Assembly: GCF_009914755.1 (NCBI RefSeq)
Contig: NC_060935.1
Reading direction: 5' to 3' (one strand)
Source: the human T2T-CHM13v2.0 reference genome, Homo sapiens
Length of the DNA: 64,000 bases
Part shown: positions 28,098 through 44,091 of the stretch, piece after piece
Numbering within the stretch: position 1 is the stretch's first letter
Layout: every line of letters begins with the position of its first letter
The notes under the pieces: model-generated
The model's input: only the letters and a program-made list of their open reading frames with translations
Told to the model about the DNA's origin: nothing
Databases searched by the model: none
Translations under genes and position numbers: made by a program

Positions 28098-29885
28098 TTT
28101 GCTTGTCTGGATCTTTAGCATTTCCATATGAATTTATGTATCAGCTTGTCAATTTCTGAAGTAAAACCAGCAAGGATTTTGATAGGGATTACTGCTGATT
28201 CATTTTGGTTCTTTTGTATTTAATAAGTTGTTTTTCTCTTGCTGTTTCCAGTATTTTCTCTTTGGCTTGTAACAGTTTGACTATGATGTGTTGAAGTGTG
28301 AATGTCTTTCAGTTTATACCACTTGGCATTCATTGAGCAGCTTGGATGTATAGGTTTTTTTTTTTTTCTTTTTTTGAGATGGAGTCTTGCCCTGTGGCCC
28401 AGACTGGAGTGCAGTGGCATGATCTCGGCTCATTGCAACCTCCGCCTCCTGGATTCAAGTGATGCTTGTGCCTCAGCCTCCTGAGTAGCTGGGATTATGG
28501 GCACCCACCACCACTCCTGGCTAACTTTTTGTATTTTTAGTAGAGACGGGGTTTCTCCATGTTGGCCAGGCTGGTCTTGAACTCCTGACCCGAACTGATC
28601 TGCCCACCTCAGCCTCCCAAAGTGCTGGGACTACAGGCATGAGCCACTGCACCCGGCTTGGATGTATAATGTTTTTCTATTTGGGAAGTTTCAGCTGTTA
28701 CTTCTTTGAATAATTTTCTGCTCCTCTCCCTTCCTTCTGGTCCTACCATACATGCATATATATGTTGGTGTGTTTAACGGTATCCCATAAGTTTGAGGCT
28801 GTTTTTTCTTTTTTAAAATAGTTCATAGATTATCAAAAGTTCTTTTTGTATGGCATTGAGATTTATTTATATATTTAACTGCATGCATATCTTTAGCTTT
28901 CACATAAATTTTGCTTCATACAGGCTATTGGTATAAGCATTTCCTCTTTTAAGAGTTTGATTCTTTAAAAAAAATACCAAATCCAAAATTCAGAAATGGT
29001 AGTCCGGCGCTACAAGGAAGCACACTGAAAATAACAAGCTGATGATACATTATCACATTGTACAATAGTATTTTATATTTTCTTACACACTTTCCAGTAA
29101 GTTTTTTCACATCCTGAAATGTCACGGTGTCATTTTTGAAAGGAGAGCTGTGGAGAGATTCTGATATGACTCAGAGTTGTGAAGGCACCTGGTGGAGCTC
29201 CTTCATTAATTTCTCTAACCGTTCAGGGCACTGAAGTCTGTGGGGACAGTAAGTTCACATTTACTGTTTGTGTTAAGTGAATCCCCAACCTACTTTGATT
29301 TGCACTAAAACGCCTCTACCCTCAAAGTACCGCGTCATTAAGGTTATATGATAACAAATTAGGAAAAACAAATTAAGCATCACTTGCTTGGCAACATTAA
29401 CTGGCCCACCACACTCCCACCACAGATTTTAGAAGTGTACATTAGCAAAAGATGCTTCTCTATGCATTATGGCAGAAGTCTATTAAAGAATATTTAATTT
29501 ATTGACTAATATTTCTAATAAGCACATTCAGAGGATACTCTTTCTACGTTTTATATACTGGCTGTCTGCCATTAACAGCAGTAAAAATAAGGAAAAATAA
29601 AAAAATCTCAATCTCAAATGATTTAACAGCTTAGTTCTGTATTTGCTTGACAGTGTATGCAGTTATAGTACACACTATCAAATATATCTTCCATATCTAT
29701 TTAGAAAACTTATTCTGATATTAGAACCATGTGAAGAAAGTCTTCTCCATTATTTTAGTGAGTCTGTTAAAATGGTCCACTAAGAACCATCTTCAAAATT
29801 TCAGGTGCTTCAAAAGTTAAGAGAAACAATTAACTTCATTACTCTAATACAAAACAAAAACAAAAACAAAAACTGACAACTTTAA

Positions 29886-30218
<333 letters not shown>

Positions 30219-30639
30219 TAGGCGTGAGCCACCGCGTGGCACTGAATGATAATATTTAGCTAAAATTTTAGTGAAAGAAAAGGCAATTCTGAGAGCAATC
30301 TGGGTAGAGAGGGGTTTCTCAGGCGTAGGTACTAATTCCCATGCAGGACTGCCTTCAGATGCAGCTCCCGTGTCTCCACAGTCCTCAAGGCCTGGTTTTG
30401 GTGGTTCTGTAGTAAAGGCTTCACACATGTGTAATATGTATAGGTAGCATCACTACAAAATGGAGTGCAAGTTCAAATCAGAGTTTTAAGGTCAGGAAAA
30501 GTAAGTATCATTTAAATGAATCACCAGAGACACTTTTAGAAGTTCTTAAGTTCCTTTAGAAATCTCCCTTTCAAGGATGTGCCAATTTTTATTTTGGCAA
30601 ATCATGGATAAAAACTAAATGTATTAATAGTTATGATGA

Positions 30640-31075
<436 letters not shown>

Positions 31076-31226
31076 TGATATTTTATTATGCTGATATGAA
31101 TGTGAAATTTTAAAAATTAAAACAAGCAATTAGTAAGGGTTTCTTATTTATGTTAAATATTAATTTATCTTACCTAAGTGCATAATTTTGTCCATGTAGT
31201 GGTAGAATTGTAAAACTAAACTTTAG

Positions 31227-31577
<351 letters not shown>

Positions 31578-31645
31578 TAGCATTTTAGTTTATTACTGTG
31601 GAAATGTGGAGCACAAGACATGACAAATACTAGGTATTAATTTCA

Positions 31646-31837
<192 letters not shown>

Positions 31838-33194
31838 TTATGAAGGTTTGTAATTGTTGATTTAAGAGTATTTAGGATTTTTTTTTTTTTTTTACAAATT
31901 AAAAAGTTCCAGTAACTATTTACATGAACTAAATGACCAAATGGAAGTGGAAAATGGAAAATTTAGAGGGCAGTACGGTAAGGGAGGGGATGTAAAATAA
32001 TACAGGAAGATAACCTAAACAATTGAAGATCAAAGATTTAGGAAAAGTTTAACCTTTTCTTCAAATCTATAGTCATTTACCTAGAAAATGCGGTTGGGTA
32101 CCCTGGGACACAGCTGAGTTACTTGCTCTGTTTTCAGTTTACCAATTAAAACAGGTCACATTCTCTGTTCCAGACCCAGGGCCTGGCAGAGGTCCCCCAA
32201 TCCCCTTGAGTTTCAGTGGCAGTTGACGAACCTCTTAAGGCCCAGGATGACTAACCGAGGTTCTTCACTTGACAGCTTTATGTATGAGGAAACTTAAAGA
32301 CATTTCTACCATACTTCTCTCCATCTCAGGTATTAGAATGAATGCTTACCATTTAAAATAGTGGTATGATCAGACTGTTTCAGTATCACTTTTTACCATC
32401 AATGGATATTAAACAGGGAACAGAAGCTCTAACTTTTACATTAATGGAAATATTACCTGTTTAGAAAACACTGTTTCAGAGGACAAAAGATGTCATCTTC
32501 ATATCTTTTTAAAGTGTCTAATTTCTACTATTTGAGTACTTAAATCTGCCATAAAAAATATGGATTTACAAAAAAGACAAATTAGAAATTATGTCCTTCA
32601 CAGAGATCCACTACAGGATTCTGAATCTTAAATTGTCTTCATATGTTTAGGATAGAATTTGATGCATTTATTATTTTTAAAGTATGAGTTATTACATAAA
32701 GCTAAGTTAAAAGTTCAACCAAATGGAAAAGGTACCAACAAATGCCTAAAATACTATTCTAATCATCTAAAACAAGAACAAATAGATTTTTCAAATAAGA
32801 GTTGAATCAATATTTATTTTAGACACTTCATTTACTTGAAAGCTGCTACTTTATTACTTAAAGACTGAGCCTGTAAGAAAATAAAAGAGGTTTAATTCAA
32901 ATAATATGAAAGTGAACTCTTTACCTTACCTGTTTTTCCCCAAATAATTTTGACTTCATTAATGGAAATTTATGTGAATGGCTCTAAAAACCACCTATTT
33001 TGAAACTGCAGAAATAGCAGGACAATCACTTTGTAGAATGATTTGTGAAATATTGTCCTACTACACTTAAAAAAAAAACCCAACACATTTCCTCACTTAC
33101 GAGTATTTTCTTATTTTTGATATTGCAAATTCTATACATAGAACACCTCTTCATTGTCCTGCTGAAACCCTCAGAATGTAGAGGTGGTTCAAAA

Positions 33195-33318
33195 GTAATT
33201 TATACCATTTTTACCCAGGCTTTGTAAACATGTATCAAAGAGATAGCAAGGTATTCAGTTTTAGTAAACAAAATAATTGCTCCTATAGTAGCTCCTCAAA
33301 GTCCCAGGCAAGTAGGCA
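33195..33318 (-). pseudogene. Copy of the pri-miR-30a 3' flank, without the hairpin
   Basis: Minus strand reads TGCCTACTTGCCTGGGACTTTGAGGAGCTACTATAGGAGCAATTATTTTGTTTACTAAAACTGAATACCTTGCTATCTCTTTGATACA..., near-identical to the recalled miR-30 shRNA backbone 3' arm. Confidence 0.8.
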
Positions 33319-33319
33319 T

Positions 33320-34080
33320 TAGCAGTTTTCTATTAGATAATTCTACCATCTCCAAATAAGGACTTTGGTCTGTTTATAAAAACTAATTGATAGATGAAGG
33401 TAGGTAGGTAGACAGACAGACAGACAGACAGACAGATAGATACAGGCTTTTGCTTTGTTACCTATGCTGAAGTGCAGTGGCACAACCATAGCTCATTGTA
33501 ACCTTGAACCCCTGGGCTCAAGTGATCCTGTCTCAGCCTCCCAAGTATCTGGGACTAAAGGTGCATGCCACCACACTTGACTACTTTTTACATTTTGTAG
33601 AGACGCGGTCTTGTTATGTTGCCCAGGCTGGTCTCAAACTCCAAGTCTCAAGTGATCCTCCCACCTCAGCCTCCCTGTAAGAATTGGGATTACAGGTGTG
33701 AGCCACCGTGTCTGGCCTTGGTTTATTCTTGGTAGTTTTTTTCTCCCTTGTCCTATTGCATAACCTAGAAGACTCTCCAGTATAATGTTAAACAGAAACA
33801 GTGATAGTGGGTATCCTTGTCTTGTTTCTGACTTTAATGAAAAGGCTTCTAAGTTTTCTTCATAATGTATGTTTGCTTTGGATTTTGATAGATACCTTTT
33901 TAAGATAAAAAGCAGTTTCCTTCTGTTCCTAGATTTAGTTTTATTTTTTAATCCCTGAATGAGTTTTCCTACAGTTAAAATGATCATATCTATCTTTTTC
34001 TTTAAATCTCATCTGATGTAATATGTTGACAGATTTTTTGATATTGAACCACCTTTGCATTTCTGGGGTGAAGCTTCTTC
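33320..34080 (-). mobile_element. Old L1M ORF2 fragment with an embedded Alu (~33440-33717)
   Basis: Minus ORFs contain LEAFSLKSETRQGYPLSLFLFNIILE and [16 protein letters not shown] (L1 RT region). Confidence 0.75.
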
Positions 34081-34379
34081 TTAAAGTATTTTTCTTTCTC
34101 ATTTTCTTTTCTTTTTGAGACGGAGTCTTGCTCTGTCGCCCAGGCTGGAGTGCAATGGTGTGATCTCGGCTCACTGCAACCTTCACCTCCCGGGTTCAAG
34201 CAATTTTCTGCCTCAGCCTCCCAAGTAGCTGGGATTACAGGTGTCCACCACCACGCCTGGCTAATTTTTTTATTTTTAGTAGAGATGGGGTTTCACCATG
34301 TTGACCAGGCTGGTCTTAAACTCCTGACCTCGTGATCCACCCGCCTCGGCCTCCCAAAATGCTGGGATTACAGGCGTGA

Positions 34380-34718
<339 letters not shown>

Positions 34719-35484
34719 TAAAAAAATATATTTTTTAGGCTGGGCATGGTCACTCATCTGTAATCCCAGCACTTTGAGAGGCTGGGGCAGGAGGATTGCT
34801 TGAGGCCAGGAGTTAGATCAGCCTGGGCAGCACAGCAAGACCCTGTCTCTATTAAAAAAATAATTTTTTCCTACTATTCAATGCTCTTTGCTTCCTTCTA
34901 TTTTATGGTTAAAATAACACTTGTCATTGATTTTTTAAAAATCTTTGTTTTAAAAATGCATTAAAGAATATAAACTAGGCCAGGCACGGTGGCTCACACC
35001 TGTAGTCCGAACACTTTGGGAGGCCAAGGTAGGTGAATCACCTGAGGTCAGGAGTTTGAGACCAGCCTGGCCAACATAGTGAAACCCCACCTCTACTAAA
35101 GATTACAGATGTGAGCCACTGCGCTCATCCCTCTCTTCCCCTCTTAACTATGCTTTTTGTTGAAAATGGGTTATTCTCTAAGCAAAATTATTTGAAAGAC
35201 TTGATAAGAGAGTATTTGTTTATTCATATTTCTCAGAATTTTCTGTGGAGTGAACATTCTGTGTTTCTGCATACCAAGCTGTGCAAAGTATCAACGAAAA
35301 GGTTTTTCATTACTTCTATTTGGTAGATATTCTTAAGAGTTGGCGTATAGCTGGGGTTGGATAGAGAACCATGTTTCTTGCCTCCTCCACAAAACATCAG
35401 ATTTACTAGTTTTAAGTTAGGTAAATCTAAAAAACATATCCTTGTAGATGAGGACATTTCTTGATATGAACTTTTTCTTCTTAG

Positions 35485-35658
35485 TGGATATCTTAACTTA
35501 TGTAGCCTGGAAGTTGAGTGGATTTCCCAAAAACCGTGTTATTGGAAGTGGTTGTAATCTGGACTCTGCTCGTTTTCGTTACTTTATTGGGCAAAGGCTT
35601 GGCATCCACTCTGAAAGCTGTCATGGGCTGATCCTTGGAGAGCATGGCGACTCAAGTG
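35485..35658 (+). CDS. LDHAL6A: LDHAL6A coding exon 4 (174 nt)
   Basis: (V)[57 protein letters not shown]; catalytic Asp, Arg and His intact; GTAAG donor. Confidence 0.95.
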
Positions 35659-36403
35659 GTAAGCCTGAGGCACGATTGAGCCTCTGAAATATCTATTTCC
35701 TATCAATCATACAGACATTTAATGTAAAGTAGCTCCTGGGAGGGGAGAAAAGACTTTATTCCACTTTAGGCCCTTTTAGTAGCGTTTAATTTTTACCACA
35801 CTTATTTTTAAAATAACCAACAAAAAATACAGATTTGAAAAATGTGAGATTGATACTATAATCCTACATATGGATGGCTAGGATTATAACGCTTTTCTTA
35901 AATAGAGAACTAAGTAACATGATATAGTTTGTATTTAATTTGGGACACTCTAGTTCAGAAAGGTCAGCAGTGTACTTCATGTAGTAGGCAGTCTTCAGAT
36001 TAAGGGATGGGTATAACTGAAGAATATAAGAAGGAAGAGAAAGAGTGCTGTGGTAATAGCAGTCTTTTTGTCCCCCCTTAGTGTCTTCTGGCTAAAAACC
36101 TTTGAAATCTATTTAATGTAAACCTTGGCTATGGAAAAAGACTTAAAGGGAGAAAAACTAGAACTTCCTAGTGGAAAGTTTAAAACTGCAATTTTCTTAT
36201 TTGGAGAATCTTTGCCAAGATAATAGAATTGTGGATCCCCATCTGTGGAGATCTAGATTTAGAATATCTGGAGTGGGGCTCAGATATCGGAACATTCCTA
36301 GTTGGAAATCACTCAGGGCAATTATAACAGTTTTGCTGAGGTCAAAAACCAAAACCCTGCTAATACCATGTAAGAAGTGGGATTTTGGGTGTCTCTTTCT
36401 TAG

Positions 36404-36521
36404 TTCCTGTGTGGAGTGGTGTGAACATTGCTGGCGTCCCTCTGAAGGATCTGAACCCAGATATAGGAACTGATAAAGATCCTGAGCAGTGGGAAAATGT
36501 CCACAAAAAAGTGATTTCCAG
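36404..36521 (+). CDS. LDHAL6A: LDHAL6A coding exon 5 (118 nt)
   Basis: (V)[38 protein letters not shown](S); AG/GT flanks. Confidence 0.95.
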
Positions 36522-36861
36522 GTAATATGCTAGTTTCACATTTTCAGTACCTTAGAAGTTGTGAGCCTGAACTCTGTTAGAAGGTTGAGATTAGTCCCTT
36601 AAATATATGTTGTTGTATTTCCCATATTTTTATTTGCACTTCTGCTTTTCTGTGTGATCATATTCACCAGATTATAAATTCTTCAACAGTCAGGAACTGA
36701 TTCTGTGTTGCTTATTCCTGAGCCTAACCCAGTATTGAGCACATGGTAGGGGCTCACTTGTTGACTGACAATGTATTTTTTCAAACACTTGCTATATAGT
36801 GTTTATTGTAGTGGTGGAATTGATTCCATATTAATTTCTGCATCTCTGTACTTGTAACTCA

Positions 36862-37011
<150 letters not shown>

Positions 37012-37639
37012 TCACTTGAGCCCAGGAGTATGAGACCAGCCTGGGCAACATAGGGAGACCCTATCTCTACAAAAAAAATAAAAAATTAGCTGAGCATATG
37101 GTGGCTTGCTTGAGCCCAGGAGGTCGAGGTGAGCTCTGATGATGCCAATGCACTCCAGCTGAGACCCTCTCTCAAAAATGCATATATATGGCCGGGCGTG
37201 GTGGCTCATGCCTCATGCCTCTAATCTCAGCACTTTGGGAGACCAGGGTAGGTGGATCACTTGAGATCAGGAGTATGAGACCAGCCTGGCCAACGTGGTG
37301 AAAACCCGTCTCTACTAAAAATACAAAAATTAGCCACGCATGGTGGCGCATGCTTGTAATCCCAGCTACTCAGGAGGCTGAGGAGGGAAGATTGCTTAAA
37401 CCTGGGAGGTGGAGGTTGTAGTGAGCCGAGATCACACTACTGCCCTCCAGCCTGGGTGACAGAGCAAGACTTAAAAAAAAAAAAGAAGAAAGAAAAAATG
37501 CATACATACTACAAGTAATTTCTAGAAGTTGTTGATGGAGTCACTGCAGTTTTGTGGCATTGTTAGATACATTGCTACAAAGTGGAAGTTCAATGACAAG
37601 TGCATCTTAACTTATGTTTATGGTTTCTTCTATCTACAG

Positions 37640-37763
37640 TGGCTATGAGATGGTCAAAATGAAAGGTTATACTTCTTGGGGCATTAGCCTATCTGTAGCT
37701 GATTTAACAGAAAGTATTTTGAAGAATCTTAGGAGAGTGCATCCAGTTTCTACCCTAAGTAAG
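37640..37763 (+). CDS. LDHAL6A: LDHAL6A coding exon 6 (124 nt)
   Basis: [41 protein letters not shown]; paralogous to the LDHC exon at 6330-6453. Confidence 0.95.
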
Positions 37764-38407
37764 GTAGGACATTCATGTTCGAAAAATCATTAACTCAACA
37801 TAAAATAGGGGGGTAAAGAACATTTTTGAGGCACTCTGGTTTTGGGTTTGATCTCGTGGGAAGCACCTCTCTTCCTGAAGTCTGTTCTTTGCTGCTGAAG
37901 AGTGGGGAGATTGGGGAAAGAGCCTATCTTTGTAGACCTTTGTCCTGGTCTAGTGTGACATTTCTTTTTATTAGATAAAAGTAAGTGTTTTGGCATCTTT
38001 ATTATTTAACTAAGTGAACTGATTCTACCAGTATCTAGAAACATTGGGAACCACTATGGGCAGACCTTGGTACCTTTGGAGTTGTTCTCTTACAGTTTCA
38101 GTTATGTCCAATGATGAGATCTAAGAAAGCAGCACTAGACACAAAATAATTAGCAGTTAGTCTCCTGGGGAAAGGGGAGTTGGGGCATGGGTGAGATCCC
38201 TCTGCTAGTCTAAATGGGAGAGGTTATACAACAAGACAGATCTAGATCACTGCAAACAAAGTCATAGGAATTTTGAAGTGGTCTCCTGATAGGAAGTGGT
38301 ATGGAGTAAGGAGATGAGGAAAGAAGGGTGAGCCCCAGCAAACATGGCAGGAGGCTGGGGCCTATATGGAGAGATGGTGGGTTGAAACTGAACAATAAAT
38401 ATGTCTA

Positions 38408-38642
<235 letters not shown>

Positions 38643-38725
38643 TTATTCATTCACCTCCCAACTGTTGTTTCTCATATTGCAGAACTTTGTTAAAAAAGGA
38701 ATAATTTTTAAGTCTTTACTTTCAG

Positions 38726-38890
38726 GGCCTCTATGGAATAAATGAAGACATATTCCTTAGTGTCCCATGTATCCTGGGAGAGAATGGTATCACAGACCTC
38801 ATAAAAGTAAAACTGACTCTTGAAGAGGAGGCCTGCTTGCAAAAGAGTGCAGAAACACTTTGGGAAATTCAGAAGGAGCTCAAGCTTTAA
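38726..38890 (+). CDS. LDHAL6A: LDHAL6A last coding exon (165 nt including TAA)
   Basis: [54 protein letters not shown]. The seven exons sum to 999 nt = 332 aa plus stop. Confidence 0.95.
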   Translation, partial: GLYGINEDIFLSVPCILGENGITDLIKVKLTLEEEACLQKSAETLWEIQKELKL

Positions 38891-38961
38891 AGTTGCTTAA
38901 AGCTAATTCTGTAGATTGAAGATGAAATAGTAGTTATGGAATTGTATATGTCAAACTTTTG

Positions 38962-38967
38962 AATAAA
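38962..38967 (+). terminator. LDHAL6A: LDHAL6A proximal poly(A) signal
   Basis: AATAAA about 70 nt after the stop codon. Confidence 0.55.
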
Positions 38968-39021
38968 TTTGAATTTCTAAAAGTTGGAAAAATAGAGGAA
39001 AGAGTGACCTATTTAGTATAG

Positions 39022-39249
<228 letters not shown>

Positions 39250-39543
39250 TGAACTCCCAAAGTGCTGAGATTACAGGGGTGAGCCACTGTGCCTGGCCTT
39301 AGCTTTGATTTAGTATCCAGATGATAGATGACACTTTTTTTTTTTTTTTTTTAAAGTGACGGCATCAAAGATGTTTTTGGTACTTCTCAGTACTTGCCTT
39401 GTATGTATACGTAATTGCCATCTGGTCCACAAGAATGTGTTTACTGTGTTACACAAATCCTGATTCTTTTCATCAGGTGCATAGTAATTCTTCTCTATGG
39501 CTTAATACCTATGTTCATTTACATGCTATCTCTACAATGTAAA

Positions 39544-39549
39544 AATAAA
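39544..39549 (+). terminator. LDHAL6A: LDHAL6A distal poly(A) signal
   Basis: AATAAA downstream of the 3'UTR Alu, with TGTA just upstream. Confidence 0.55.
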
Positions 39550-40343
39550 AGTGTATATATATACACACACACACAGAGAGTAATCTAAATGTTCCTAACA
39601 CTAGATAAAACCTTGATTTGACCTTGCTGTTTTTTATTCTTTGAGTGCATTTTAATTTTTACAGAAAAGGCCTTAAGCTGTAAACCGCTTGGTGACAACA
39701 GATTAAATTGGTCATTCTTCTCTTGGGAGTAGAGTGGGCTGCCTAATTATCTTAATAACATCCCAAATTGGAATATACTTTTCTTTGTAGCCTTGTAGCC
39801 TCATGAGCTTTCTAGCACTCTCATTTTGATCAAGAACATTCTATTCTGGATGAGCTCTGCAGGACATACAGCAGCTATATAGTTCATTGGGTGGTCACAA
39901 ACTTGGCTACAGAATCACTCACCATGAAGACGAAACTTTAAATGACAATAAAAGCAGGGAGGCAATGGTACACTATCTTTCCCTTTAATCCTAAAGTTAT
40001 CAGGTATATAGTTTGGACCTGCCACTCTGCTCCTTTTTGATGAAAACACTTATGGTTCAGTGAGGCCTAGAAAGGAAACAAATTTAGTAGGGTTGGTAGG
40101 AGAGCATCTCCTTGGACCTTTCACAGATAAGTTACTCAAATGCTTCAATTTCAAATATTTCAAAATTTAGATTTCTATTTGGTATATCCCCATGTTAATT
40201 TACTTTATATGCTGTAGAATAATACTAAATTTCAACTTAAGATGGATTTTATGCCTTTTTTGCTAAATGAGAAGTTGGGCTTACTAAGGTTTCATGGATC
40301 TTTCCTAAAGTCCAATAAAGGAGAGAAAAATTATGCAACAAAT

Positions 40344-40349
40344 TTTATT
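40344..40349 (-). terminator. TSG101: TSG101 poly(A) signal
   Basis: tttatt (AATAAA on the minus strand) about 220 nt past the stop codon. Confidence 0.75.
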
Positions 40350-40565
40350 TAGCAGTCCCAACATTCAGCACAAAAAGTTTACAGAGGATAGAAAGTGCAT
40401 TAATAAAAGCCAGTCTTTACCAAAAGAAAACAGAAAATATATTATTGATTCAAAATATTTTACACTTGAATGATAAACTGCAATAACTTATTCTGGGCAC
40501 CTACTGATAAAAGGAAGAGAAGAATACTTTAAGAAGAGCTCAACCTCCAGCTGGTATCAGAGAAG

Positions 40566-40655
40566 TCAGTAGAGGTCACTGAGACCGGCAGTCTTTCTTG
40601 CTTTTTGCATTAGTGCCCTCAGCTGGAACTGTTTACGGGACAGAAGACGTACATG
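40566..40655 (-). CDS. TSG101: TSG101 last coding exon (steadiness-box C-terminus)
   Basis: HVRLLSRKQFQLRALMQKARKTAGLSDLY*; CAG acceptor. Confidence 0.96.
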   Translation of the reverse strand, partial: HVRLLSRKQFQLRALMQKARKTAGLSDLY

Positions 40656-41649
40656 CTGGGAGGGGAGAAAAGTTTGAATAGTTTAGAATGGCTTTGATTT
40701 AGGCCCAGGCATAAAATAGACAATTTGTAACCTAGATGGGATCTAAGAACCCTAACTCATGACCTGCCAACCTTTGGAATGAATACCTCATTATATGTGG
40801 CTTTTAAGCTGCATATTATAAAGGCTTACTCAACAGGGAAAGCATTACATTGCAGGATCTGGCTCAGGAGTTTGACCTACACTTTCTTTTCCTAAGCCAT
40901 GCCACTCAAGCAAGAGATTGTACAGAAAAAGAGTCCTCTCTTGGGTCTCTGGTTTATATCCAGCCATTCATGTGGTTGTACCACTTCTGAGGCACATGGT
41001 TTGGCCATTCCCCCACAGTGAGAGGAGATAGGCAAGATCAGCACATGACCTGACCAGGCTCCAGCTACAGCTGGATCAGATATCCCAAGGGTGGCTGCTA
41101 TTATCCCTAAAACCATGTTCTCCATGACCCAAGAGACAGCAGTAGCCAAACTTCGCTTACTAGATTTTCCTCTGTACAACAGCATTAAGCTTGAGACAAC
41201 TTTCATTCAAGAGGGCTTGAAAGGGCAGCCTGATACTTTGATGTGGGAAAACTGGTCTAAAGTTATATAACTCTAAGAAAATTAACAGATAAAAAATGGA
41301 GGTGGCACAATCAGTGATCTCAATTTAGGTGGTATGACCTCAAAGAACCAATGGAAATCTGATCGTACCTCCTGATCCACCCAGGCACAGAAGAGTTACA
41401 CTCATCTTAATGCTGCCTGTGGGCAGAGAACTGCAGCCACCAGCCCACTTCTCTTCCCCTGCTCAGACCAATCCTCAGTACTCTGTAGGTAAAAAGATGG
41501 TGCAAAACCCTACATCTCATTTAGTGTTTTTTGGGAAGATAAAGAATCTTAATCCATACTACAAAGAAACTCTCTTGGTTTGTGGTTTGCAAGGTCAGTG
41601 CCTCTACAACCCAAGTTAAAAAATCTTGGAACGTAAAATGAAGAAATAC

Positions 41650-41889
41650 CTTCAGGAAGACATCCAGGTCTATCACGCCCCTTCTCAAGGCTTCTCCCAA
41701 GTAAAAGATAGTGTCTTCAATAGCGTTTTCTTCTGCATACAGATTCAGGATCTGTTTGTATAAGGGAGCTGTGGGAATGATAACTTCATCGATATCATTG
41801 TTTTCAGACTGATTTTCCATTTTTTCCAGAGCAGAACTGAGTTCTTCATCCTTCTTTTTCAAAAGTTCTATGTTTTTATCAACCTCGGC
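41650..41889 (-). CDS. TSG101: TSG101 penultimate exon (240 nt; internal PTAP motif)
   Basis: AEVDKNIELLKKKDEELSSALEKMENQSENNDIDEVIIPTAPLYKQILNLYAEENAIEDTIFYLGEALRRGVIDLDVFLK; AG/GT flanks. Confidence 0.97.
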
Positions 41890-42937
41890 CTGAAAACAGA
41901 ACAGTCCAAGCATTAATAACTGTACATAATTATCCACTTGTCAGACACCTACAACACTTCACAGGAAAAGACAGGCTAACAACCATGTTTAAACAACTCA
42001 TGGATGAGAATAATGTTTCAAATAACACCCTGGTCAAAGGTAGAGGAAAAGATGTGATCTACTATGCTGAGTGAAATAGAGTAATGATGGAGATATCCTG
42101 AGGTGACAGCACTTTCAGTGACAGTAACAAGCTTGTCACCTGTCAGCGACAAATGATACTGCAAACTAAGCCATCAGACAAGATACTTTCCAGCAGAAGG
42201 TTCCTTTACATAGAAAATCATAAGAGGTTTTTCTTCCCAACAAATGGGCACCTGCCATAGGAGAGTAACTTTCCTCAGTCTATGAAGAGGATTCAATGCA
42301 TAGAGGCCCAAATGTCTGCATTCTAATCACAAAGTATCACACGCAGGTGCTGGTTGTAGGCTCTGAGTTGTATTGGTGTCACTTTCCTGAATTCTAAAAA
42401 TTGGCTACTTCGAGGCTCATTTTACAATCTAGAACCACTTTGTAAGGCTAATGGGTACATACAAATCACTTTCCACAAAGCCCTCAACCTTCTAAGAATT
42501 CTTTACTATTCCATCAAAAACACACATTTACTGGAATAAATTCTCCCTCATGGGGATGAAAATGGAGCGTGAAATTGGCACTTCAATTATGCTGATGCTT
42601 CCACTTTATCATCATTAAGCAAAGCCATAGGGCTGACTTACACACGGACTGTCCAAGGCATAGCTGTCTGTTATGAGAAAGCTTAAAGAGCTGAAGGTTG
42701 CATATGCTATGTTTATATGTAGCTCTTTAGCCAACCAAGTATCTCTGGATTATTGAGAAAGTTCCCTGAACATACTTTTAAAAAATGGCTCACACAACCT
42801 TTGGAAACAATAAAATAGTACTGTCCTTTTAAGTCTGCTCCTAAGATGTGCAGATCTTTATCATGGCTTAGAACTCTCTAAACTTATTTCCTAGTAACTG
42901 GCAACATCAAGCACTCAAACAGTCCTCCTTTGGGTTA

Positions 42938-43661
<724 letters not shown>

Positions 43662-43888
43662 AGGTGCAAACAAAATGGTCTAAATATTATACCCCTCCCA
43701 ATCTAAGACCAAATGCCAAACATAGGCTCCACTGTAAACAAAGGTATAAAAAATTACATTCAAATGTTTAAAGATGCCTATAATTTTCTGAACTCCTACT
43801 ATGCCCACAACATCCAGGGAACATATAGAACACTCTGCCATGGCTACAATTCAATCCAAAAATTTTAAGTCTTTAATGAGTCACTTAC

Positions 43889-44091
43889 TACTTCTTGATC
43901 TAAACGGGTAACCATCTCTTCCAGTTTCTGGTGACCCTTTTTCAGGTCTTCTTCTGTTCGTTTCAAGGCATTGAGCTCTGCCTGGGCACGATCCATTTCC
44001 TCCTTCATCCGCCATCTCAGTTTGTCACTGACCGCAGAGATGAGAGAGGCTCGGATGGTGTCCTCGCTGATTGTGCCATCCCTACTGGGAC
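43889..44091 (-). CDS. TSG101: TSG101 coiled-coil exon (203 nt)
   Basis: (G)PSRDGTISEDTIRASLISAVSDKLRWRMKEEMDRAQAELNALKRTEEDLKKGHQKLEEMVTRLDQEV; GTAAGT donor. Confidence 0.97.

Noticed and set aside
33195-33400. Functional miR-30 family gene
   Set aside because: No pre-miRNA hairpin or mature 5p/3p arm; only the 3' flank is present.
38879-38914. Peroxisomal targeting via C-terminal LKL or LDHBx-like stop read-through
   Set aside because: LKL is a poor PTS1. The stop is TAA-A rather than the leaky TGA-CTAG context, and the extension (SCLKLIL) does not end in a PTS1.
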